Assembly: GCA_013239625.1 (NCBI GenBank)
Contig: MU053094.1
Coordinates: 51,709-71,708, forward strand
Length of the DNA: 20,000 bases
Direction: 5' to 3'
DNA from: Lama guanicoe
Taxonomy: Eukaryota
Numbering within the stretch: the first letter of the stretch is position 1; each line of letters starts with the position of its first letter. A program made the translations under genes and the position numbers. The notes beneath the pieces are model-generated. The model saw only the letters and a program-made list of their open reading frames with translations. It searched no databases and had not been told where the DNA came from. Positions 10,201 through 20,000 of the stretch are shown here, in pieces.

Positions 10201-13200
10201 TGGCCTCAAAGACCAACCCCCACCTTTCCCTCAGAGCCAGGCCTAGGGAAACACTCACGGATTACAAGCTAAGGGATTCTGTTAGAACCCAGGCACTACT
10301 GTCATTTTGAGGAGCCCCCCCACACTAAGGATATCTGAAATTCTTCTTGTGTGTTCTGGAGCTGGGAAAGACATTCCACGCACCTTTATGGGGGCACAGG
10401 TGTTCCAAAGTTGGGGATTTGGTTTAAAAACCTCCACTGCCCATAGAGGGTCACTCGCTAATGCTTGTCTTTAGAGCACAACCCCCACATTCGCTCACAG
10501 CCCGGCCTAGGTAAACACACAAGGAAGTCAAGCTAGCAGATTCTAATAGACCCCAGGTGCTGCTGTCATTTGGAGGAAACTCCCCACATTCAGAATAGAA
10601 GAACACACCCTCGTTTGTGTGCTGGAGGTGGGGAAACAGAGTCCAGGCATCTAAGATGTGGCACATGTATTCTCAAGTTGTTAGATATAGGGAAAATTTC
10701 TCAACATTCCATGAAGATGCAATTTTTTTACTTGGTATTAGAGCAGAACTCCCACATTCCCCTGCACTCCAGCCTAGGCAAACCATCAGGGAAGGCAAGT
10801 TAAGGGATTCAAGTAGAACACAAGCGCTGCTGAGAGTTGGAGGATCTTCCCCACACTCAGGATTCCGGAACCCAACCTTGTGTGGCGGGGAGATTTGTAG
10901 CCACGATCCAAGTAGAAGAATGGGGTCACAAATGTTCCGCATTAGGGAGAAGTCTTCTAAATACTTCCACATTCCATTGGGGGGGGCATTTGCTGCTACT
11001 TGCCTACCAAGCCAAACTTCCAGTTTTCCCTCAAATCCCGGAGTAGGGAAACACTCAAGAAATACAAGCTAAGGGATTCTAATAGAACCCAGGCGCTGCT
11101 GTCATTTTGAGGAGCCTCCCCACAATCAGGATATTTGAGCACGTCTCCGTGTATGTGCTGGTGGTAGGGAAACAGAATCCACGCATCTTTATAGGGGCAA
11201 AGGTGTTCCAAGTAAGGGGAAGTAGTTTAAAACCCTCAACTGCCCACAGAGATGCACTAGCTAAGACTTGGCTTTAGAGCCCATCCCCCACCATCCCTAC
11301 TGCTAGGCCTAGGAAAACACTTAGGTAAGTCAAGCTAAGGGATTCTATTAGAACCCAGGTGCTGCTGTCAGTTGGATTAACCTCCCCACACTCAGAACAA
11401 CAGAACAATTCTTCATGTGTGTGCTGGATGTAGGGAAACAGAGTCAAAGCATCTTTCAGGGGACATAGTTATTCCATGGTTGTGAGTTGTAGGTTAAACA
11501 CCCACATCCCATGGATAGGCTCCCGCTAATACTTGATTTAGAGCCCAATCCCAACTTTCCCCCACACACCCGCCATGTCAAGCCATCATGGAAGACAAGT
11601 TAAGGTATTGTATTAGAACCCAGGCGCTGCTGTTAGTTGGAGGAACCTCCCCAATCTCAAGACATCTGAACCCGATGTCGTCTGTGTGCTGGAGGAGGGA
11701 AACAGAGTCCACGCATATTTAAGGGTGCATAGGTGTTCCCAGGTTGCGAATATACTTTAACCACCTCAAATGCCAAAGGATAGGAACTCGCTAATACTTG
11801 GTATTAGAGCACAACCTACAAATTCGCTCACAACCCGGCCAAGGAAAATACTCAGGGAAATCAACCTAATGGATCCAAATAGATCCCAGGTGTTACTGTC
11901 AGTTGCAGGAGCCTCCCCACATTCAGGATACCAGAAAACTTCATCTGTGTGCTGGAGGTGGGGAAACAAAGCACACCCAATTTTCTTGGGGCACAGTAAT
12001 TCCCAGGTTGTAAGTTGTAGGTTAAACATCTCCAATTCCCATGGAGAGGCACAAGCTGATACTTGGTTTTAGAGCCCAAATCCCACATTCAACCACACTC
12101 TGGCCTAGGAAAACCATCAGGGAAGACAAGCAAAGGGATTCTATTCAAACCAAGACGCTGATGTCAGTTGGAGGAACTACCCCACCCTCAGGATACTGGA
12201 ACCCAACCTTGTGTGGTGGGGAGGAGGTGTGGAGCCCCACTCCACACAGATGAATGTGTGCTCAGGTGTTTCCCTTTAGGGAGAATTCCACTAAGAACTT
12301 CCTCAGTCTATTGGGGGGTACTCGCTGCTACTTGGCCTCCATGCCCAACCCCCAGCTTTCTCTCATGGCCTGGCCTGAGGAAACACTCAGGGAAGAAAAG
12401 CTAAGGGATTCTAATAGAACCCAGGTGCTGCTGTCATTTGGAGTAGCCACACCATGCTCAGGATTCCTGAGAAATTTTTCCTCTGTGTGCTGTTTGTGGA
12501 GAAATTGTCCACGCATATTTCAGGGGTCACAGGTATTCCCTTGTTTGGGGTTGTTCGTTAAACACTTCCGCATTCCATGGAAAGGCTCTCAATAATACTG
12601 GGATTTAGAGCCCAAATCCAACTCTGAACAGCACTCCAGCTTATGCAATCCATCAGGGAAGAGAAGCTTAAGGATTCTTCTAGATCTCTGGCTCTGCTGT
12701 CAGATGGAGGAACTTTCCTACTCTCAGGATTCCGGAAGCCAGACTTGTGGGGGCGGGGATGTGTGTATCCCCACTCCACGTAGTTCTATGTGGGCACAGG
12801 TGTTCCCCTTTAGGGAGAATTCAACTACATACATCCTCAGTCCATTGGGGGGGACCTCGCTACTATTTAACCTCAAAGCCCAAGCCCCACCTTTCCCTCA
12901 GAGCCACGCCTAGGGAAACAGGGAATCCAAGCTAAAGATTCTATTCGAACCCAGGCTCTGCTGTCACTTGAAAGTTCCGGTCCACACTCAGGATACCTGA
13001 ACACGTCTTCGTTTGTGTGTTGGATGGGAAAACAGAGTCCATGCATGTTTATGGGGGCACAGTTTTTCCCAGGTAGATGATGTAGTTTAAACACCTTCAC
13101 TGCCCATATAGAGGCACTGGCTTTTACTTGGATTTAGAGCCCAACCCCCACTTTCGCTCAAACCTCGGCCTAGGAGAACACTCAAGTAAGTCAAGCTAAG

Positions 13201-16200
13201 GAATTCTATTAGATCCCTGGTGCTGCTGTAAGTTGGAAGAGCCTCCCCACATTCAGGAAACCAGAACATTTCTTTGCACGTGTGCTGTTGATCTGGAAAC
13301 CGAGTCCACGCATTTTTCTTTGGGCAGAGTTATTCCTAGGTTGGAGGATATAGGTTTAACTCCTCCACATCCCATGGATAGGCACTTGCTAATACTTCAT
13401 TTTAGAGCCAAACCTCCAAATTCCCCCACACTCCTGGCAGTGTAAGCCATCAGGGAAGACAAGCTTAGGGATTGTATTGAATACAGGTGCTGATTTCACT
13501 TGGAGGATCTTCCCAACACTTAGGACTCCGGAGGCACTGTTGTGTTTGGGGGTGGTGTTCCCCCCGAATCCACGCAGATGAATGGTGACACAGGTGTTCC
13601 CCGGTAGGGGAGTTCCCTAAGTACTTCCTCAGTCAATCCGTTGGCACAAGCTGCTACTTTGCATCCAAGCCCAACCCCAGCTTTTGCTCACAGCCCGGCC
13701 TAGGGAAACACTCAGGGAATACAAGCTGATTTATTCTATTAGAACTCAGGTGCTGCTGTCAGTTGGAGGAAATTCCACACATTCAGGAATCCAGATCACA
13801 GCCTTGTGTGTGTGGGAGTTTTGTAGACCCATTCCACGCAGATGAATGGGGACACAGGTGTTCCAATTTATGGTAAAATCCTCTAAGTATTTTCTCAGTA
13901 AATTGGGGGGCACTCGTTGCTACTTGGACTTCAAGCCCAACCCCCACTTTCCCCCACACTCCAGCCTAGGCATGCCAACGGGGAAGACAAGCTAAGGGAT
14001 TCTATTATAACCCAGGTGCCGCTGTCAGTTTTAGGAGACACCCCACACTCAGGATACCTGTACAAGTCTTTGTGTGTGTGCTGGTGTTGAGGATACATAG
14101 TCGAACCAACTTTATGGGGGCACAGGTGTTCCCAGGGTAAGAATGTACTTTAAACACCTCCACTGCTCATAGAGAGGCAATCGCTATTACTTGGCTTTAG
14201 AGACCAACCCCACCTTCGTTCCCAGCTCGTCCTTGGAAAACACTCATGGAAGTCAACCTAAGGAATCCTATTAGATACCAGATGCTGCTGTCAGTTGGAG
14301 GGGCCTCCCCACACTCAGGATACCAGAAAACTTCTTCATGTGTGTGCTGGGGGTGGGGAACCTGAGTCCATGCATTTTTCAAGAAGCACTGGTATTCCCA
14401 TGTTGTGGTTTTTTGGTTAAAACCTCCACTTCCCATGGAGAAGCACTCGCTAATACTTGGTTTAGAGCCCAACCCCCACCTTCGCTCAAAACCCGGCCTA
14501 GGAGAACACTCAAGTAATTCAAGCTAAGTAATACTATTAGATCCCTGTTGCTGCTGTTATTTGGAGGATCCTCCCCACACTCAGGAAACCAGAAGATTTC
14601 TTTGCACGTGTGCTGGAGGTATGGAAACAGAGTCCACGCATTTTACTTGGGGCACAGGTATTCCTAGGTTGGAGAATGTAGGTTAAACACATCCACATCC
14701 CATGGATAGGCACTCGCTAATTGTTTGTTTTAGAGCCCAACATCCAATTTCCCCCGCACTCCAGGTAGGGCAAGCCATCAGGGAAGACAAGTTATGGGAT
14801 TGTATAGAACCCATGTGCTGCTGTCACATGGAGTATCTTCCCAACACTCAGGACTCCAGAGACACTCTTGTGTGTGGGGGAGGTCTGCAGCCCCTATCCC
14901 CTTAGATGAATGGTGACACAGGTGTTCCATTTTAGGGGGGTTTCCTAAGAATATGCTCAGTCAATTGGTTGGCAAAAGTTCATACTTGGCCTCCAAGCCC
15001 AAACCCCAGGTTTTGCTCATAGCCTGGCCTAGGGAAACACTCAGGGAATACATGCTGAGTTATTGTATTAGAACGCAGGCGCTGCTGTCATTTGGAGGAA
15101 CTTCCACACACTCAGGATTCCGGATCTCAACCTTGTGTGTGGGGGATGTGTGGAGACCCATTCCATGCAGGTGAGTGGGGGCACAGGTGATTCATTTTAG
15201 GGTGAAAACCTCTAAGTACTTCCTCAGTAAATCAGGGGCACTCAATGCTACTTGGACTTCAAGACCAACCCTCATTTCCCCCACATTCCATCCTAGGCAT
15301 GCAATCAGGTAAGACAAGCTCAGGGATTCTATTTGAACTCAGGTGCTGCTGTCAGTTGAAGGAAACTCCCCACACTCAGGATACCTGAACAAGTCTTTGT
15401 GTGTGTGCTGGTGTTGGGTATACATAGTCCACGTAACTTTGTTTCAGCACAGGTGTTCCCAAGGAGGGAATGTACTTTAAACTCCTCCACTGATCTTAGA
15501 GAGGCACTCGCTTTTAATTGGCTTTAGAGCCCAAACCCCATCTTCGCGCACAGCCCGTCCATGGAACACACTCAGGGAAGTCAAACTAAGGGATACTATT
15601 AGATCCCAGATGCTGCTGTCTGTTGGAGGTGCCTCCCCACACTCAGGATACCAGAGCACTTCTTCATGTGTGTGCTGGTGGGGGGGAGAAGAGTCCACGC
15701 ATTTTTCAATGAGCACAGGTATTCCCAGGTTGTGGGTTATTGGTTAATACCCTTCACTTCCTATGGAGAAGCACTCCCTAAAACTTGCTTTTAGAGCCCA
15801 ACCCCCACTTTGCCCCGCACTCCGTATCAGGCAACCAAATGGGGAAGACATGTTAAGCGATTTTATTAGAACCCAGGCCCTGCTGTCAGTTTGAGGAGGC
15901 TGCCAACTCTCAGGATAACTGTGCAAGTGTTCGTGTGTGTGCTGGAGGTCTGGAAACTGACTCCACGGATCTTTATGGGGGCACAGGTGTTCCCAGGTTA
16001 GGGATGAAGTTTAAACACCTCGACTAACCATACAGAGGTACTCACAAAGTCTTGGTTTCAGAGCCCAAAACACACTTTCCCCTGCACTCCCGCCTAGGTA
16101 TACCATCAGGGAAGACAAGCAAATGGATTCAATTAAAGCCCTGGCGCTGCTGACACATGGAGGAACTTCCCTGCACTCAGGATTCTGGAACTCATTCTTG

Positions 16201-18584
16201 TGTGTGGGTGAGTTGTGCAGCCCCATTACACCCAGATGAATGGGGGCAAATGTGTTCCCTTTAGGGAGAAGTCCTCTATGTATTTCCTCAAACGATCATG
16301 GGGCACTCACTGCTATTTGAACTCCAAGCCCAACCCCCAGATTTCCTTCATATTCTGGACCAGGGAAACACTTATATTACGAGCTGAGTCATTTTATTAA
16401 AACCCAGACACTGCTGTCAATTTGAGGAGCCCCCCTACACTAAGGATATTTGAAAGCCTTTGTGTGTGTTCTGGAGCTGGAAAAGATATTCCACGCATCT
16501 TTATGGGGGCACAGGTGTTCCGAAATTGGGGATTTAGTTTAAACAACCCCTCTGCCCATAGAGGGGCACTCGTTAATCCTTGTCTTTAGAGCCCAACCCC
16601 CACATTGGCTCACAGCCCGGCCTAGGAAAACACTCACGGAAGTCAAGCTAACGGATACTCTTAGACATCAGGTGCTGTTGTCAGTTCGGGGAACCTCCAC
16701 ACACTCAGAACACCAGAACCCTTCTTCATGTGTGTGCTGGATGTACAGAAACAGAGTCAAAGCATCTTTCAGGGGGCACAGTTATTCCATGTTTGTGAGT
16801 TGTAGGTTAAACACCCATATCCCATCAAAAGGCTCTCGCTAATACATGGTTTAGGGCCCAGTCCCAAGGTTCTGCCGCACACTGGACTTGGCAAGCCATC
16901 ATGGAAGACAACTTAGGGTATTGTATTAGAACCCAGGTGCTCCTGATAGTTGGAGGAACCTCCCAACACTCAAGACATCTGAACCCAATGTCATGTGTGT
17001 GCTGGAGGAGGGAAACAGAGTACACGAATTTTTATGGGGGCACAGGTGTTCCCAGGTTGGTGATATAATTTAACCACCTCCACTGACAAAAGATAGGAAC
17101 TCGCTAATACTTGGTTTTAGAGCACAACCACCAACTTTGCTCAACCTGGCCAAAGGAAATAGTCAGGGAAGTCAACCTAATGGATCCAATTAGATACCAG
17201 GTGCTAACATAAGTTGCAGGAGCCTCACCACACTCAGGATATCAGAATACATCTTCGTGTGTGTGCTGGGTGTGGGAAAATATAACTAAGCATCTTTTAA
17301 GAGGCACAGGTATTTCCAAGTTGTGGATAGCTGATTAAATACCTCCACATCCCATGGGGAGGCACTCGATATTACTTGGTTTTAGAGGCTAAACCCCACT
17401 ATCCTCCGCACTCCGGCATATGCAATTCATCAGGGAAGACAAATTTAGGGATTCTATTAGAACCCAGGCGCTGCTGTCCGTTGGAGAAACTTCCCCACCC
17501 TCAGGATATCAGAACCCCGCCTTGGGAGGGGGAATGTGTGGAGCCCCACTCAACGCATATAAACGGGGGCAAAGGTGTTCCCAGTTCGGGTGATGTCCTC
17601 TAAGTACTTCCTCATTCCATCGGGGAGCACTCGATGCTACTTGGCCACCAAGCCCAAACCCCAGCTTTCCCTCACAGCCCGACTTAGGAAACACTCAGGG
17701 AATACAAGCTAAGGGACACTATTAGAACCCAGGCGCTCCTGTCTGTTGGAGGAGCCTCCCCACACTCAGGATACCTGAACACATATTAGTTTCTGTGCTG
17801 GAGGTGTGGAAAAAGTGTCCAAGTATCTTTAACAGGGCACAGGTGTTCCCAGTTTGTGTGTGTACTTTAAATATCTCCACTGCCCATAGAGAGGCACTCG
17901 CTAATACTTGGACTTAGAGCCCAACCCCAAATGCGCTATCACCGCCGACTAGGAAAACACACAGGGAAAGCAACCTAAGAGATACAATTTGATCCCTGGT
18001 CCTGGTGTCAATTGGAGGAGACTCAACATAATCAGGACACCAGAACTCTTCTTCGTGTGTGTACAAAAGGCTGGGAAACAGATCCCATGCATTTTGAAGG
18101 GGATACAGGTATTCCCAGGATGAGTGTTGATGAGTGTTGTAAACACCTCCAATTCCCATGGAGAGGCTCTAGCTAGTACTTGGATTTAGAGTAGAGCCCA
18201 CACTTTTCCCCGCACTCCAGTCTAGGCAAGCTATCAGGGAAGAAAAGCTAAGAAATCCTTTTAAAACACAGGCACAGCTGTCATTTGGAGGAATTTCCCC
18301 ATACTCAGGATTCTGGAATCCCGCCTTGTGTGTGGGGGTGTGGAGCAAGAGTCCACGCCCATGAATGGAGGCACAGGTGTTCCCCGATTGGGAGAAGTCC
18401 ACCAAGTACTTAATCAGTCCTGCGGGGGGCACTAGCTGCTACTTGGCCTCCAAGCCCAACCCCCAGGTTTCCCTTGCAGACCCGCCTAAAGAAACACTCA
18501 GGGAATACAGGCTAAAGGATTCTATAAAAACCCAGGCCCTGCTCTCATTTGCAGGAGACTCCCGAATTTATGACACTTGAACAC
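4278..18584. repeat. Tandem satellite array, ~265 bp monomer with degenerate higher-order structure (~54 monomers)
   Basis: The same anchor motif recurs every ~263-270 bp (e.g. 5231, 5497, 5763, 8951, 9481, 10281, 11612, 12143, 13208, 14270, 14536, 15598, 17456, 17721). All monomers are in the same orientation and diagnostic variants recur in fixed order. Confidence 0.97.
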
Positions 18585-19068
18585 NNNNNNNNNNNNNNNN
18601 NNNNNNNNNNNNNNNNNNNNNNNNNNNNNNNNNNNNNNNNNNNNNNNNNNNNNNNNNNNNNNNNNNNNNNNNNNNNNNNNNNNNNNNNNNNNNNNNNNNN
18701 NNNNNNNNNNNNNNNNNNNNNNNNNNNNNNNNNNNNNNNNNNNNNNNNNNNNNNNNNNNNNNNNNNNNNNNNNNNNNNNNNNNNNNNNNNNNNNNNNNNN
18801 NNNNNNNNNNNNNNNNNNNNNNNNNNNNNNNNNNNNNNNNNNNNNNNNNNNNNNNNNNNNNNNNNNNNNNNNNNNNNNNNNNNNNNNNNNNNNNNNNNNN
18901 NNNNNNNNNNNNNNNNNNNNNNNNNNNNNNNNNNNNNNNNNNNNNNNNNNNNNNNNNNNNNNNNNNNNNNNNNNNNNNNNNNNNNNNNNNNNNNNNNNNN
19001 NNNNNNNNNNNNNNNNNNNNNNNNNNNNNNNNNNNNNNNNNNNNNNNNNNNNNNNNNNNNNNNNNNNN
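18585..19068. other. Assembly gap (484 N)
   Basis: Run of N characters. The flanking anchors (~18523 and ~19066) are about two monomers apart, so the gap is consistent with satellite only. Confidence 1.
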
Positions 19069-20000
19069 GAACCCAGGTGCTGCTGTGATTTGGAGTAGCC
19101 TCCCCATGATCAGGAATCCAGAAAACTTCTTCGTGTGTGTGCTGTTGGTGGAGTAACAGTCCAAGCGTATTTCAGGGGGCACAGATATTCCCTTGTTGGG
19201 GGTTGTTGGTTAAACACCTCCACTTCTCTTGGAGAGGCACTCACTAATACTTGGATTTAGAGCACAAATCCCAAATTGAACCGCACTCCGGCTTATGTAA
19301 TCCATCAGGGAATTGAAGGTTAAGGATTCTCCTGGAACACTGGCACTGCTGTCCGTTGGAGAAACTTCCCCACCCTCAGGATATCAGAACCCCGCCTTGT
19401 GAGGGGGAATGTGTGGAGCCCCACTCAACGCATATAAACGGGGGCAAAGGTGTTCCCAGTTCGGGTGATGTCCTCTAAGTACTTCCTCATCCTATCAGGG
19501 AGTACTCGATGCTACTTGGCCACCAAGCCCAAACCCCAGCTTTCCCTCAGAGCCAGTCCTAGGGAAACACTCAGGGATTACAAGCTAAGGGATTCTTTTA
19601 GAACCCAGGTGGTGCTGTCATTTGAAAGTGCCGGCCCACACTCAGGATACCTGAGATCGTCTCCTTGTTTGTTGGAAGATGGGAAACATTGTCCATGCAT
19701 CTTTATGGGGTCACAGTTTTTCCCAGGTAGATGATGTAGTTTAAACACCTTCACTGCCCATACAAAGGCACTGGCTATTTTTGGCTATAGAGACAAACCC
19801 CAGTTTCACTCAAAACCCTGGCTAGGAGTAGACTCAAGTAAGTAAATCTAGGGAATTCTATTAGATCCAAGGTGCTGCTGTTAGTTGGAGGATCCTCCCC
19901 ACACTCAGAAAATCAGAACACTTCACACATGTCCTGGAGGTGTGGAAACAGAGTCCACGCAATTTTCTTGGGGCACAGTTATTCCTAGGTTGGAGGATGT
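19069..20000. repeat. Tandem satellite array, ~265 bp monomer (right segment, ~3.5 monomers, runs off the window)
   Basis: Anchors at about 19066, 19331, 19597 and 19860 with the same conserved motifs. Confidence 0.96.

Noticed and set aside
14481..14498. CENP-B-box-like TTCG..CCGG motif (ttcgctcaaaacccggcc) in some monomers
   Set aside because: It does not fit TTCGNNNNANNCGGG. I saw no canonical CENP-B box, though I did not scan exhaustively.
18549..19182. Long ORFs of 173-204 aa
   Set aside because: Artefacts of translating the N gap.
165..19734. About 80 short ORFs with recurring peptide motifs (LLSVGGTSPHSG, YPECGEAPPTDS), suggesting a repeat-protein or zinc-finger gene family
   Set aside because: They are translations of the satellite. 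Stops and frameshifts occur in nearly every monomer, both strands and several frames give ORFs, and there is no C2H2 spacing or 84 bp period.
1..20000. CRISPR-like array of conserved repeats with variable spacers
   Set aside because: The whole ~265 bp unit is homologous between copies with no unique spacers, there are no cas genes, and the context is eukaryotic.
1..20000. Assignment to a named satellite (alpha satellite, or the ~268 bp aye-aye DMA2 family that I recall by length)
   Set aside because: There is no resemblance to 171 bp alpha satellite. A length coincidence with DMA2 is not evidence, and I cannot verify sequence similarity without a search.

Overview
Non-coding eukaryotic (almost certainly mammalian) heterochromatin-type DNA with no credible protein-coding or RNA genes. 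About 18.4 kb of the window is a head-to-tail tandem satellite with a ~261-268 bp monomer (about 70 copies, all in one orientation, divergent from each other). The monomers fall into two sequence classes (A and B). By eye they resolve into about 18 recurring variants in a fixed cyclic order, implying a ~4.8 kb 18-mer higher-order repeat (HOR) that has been broken up by in-register deletions, duplications and conversion-like tracts. The only non-satellite sequence (3723-4277) is a betaretrovirus-like (ERV2/ERVK-type) LTR on the minus strand, probably a solo LTR whose 3' end lies in an assembly gap. There are two N gaps (3168-3722 and 18585-19068). The ORFs in the track are translations of the satellite, the LTR or the N runs. 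The satellite family and host species could not be identified from sequence alone.
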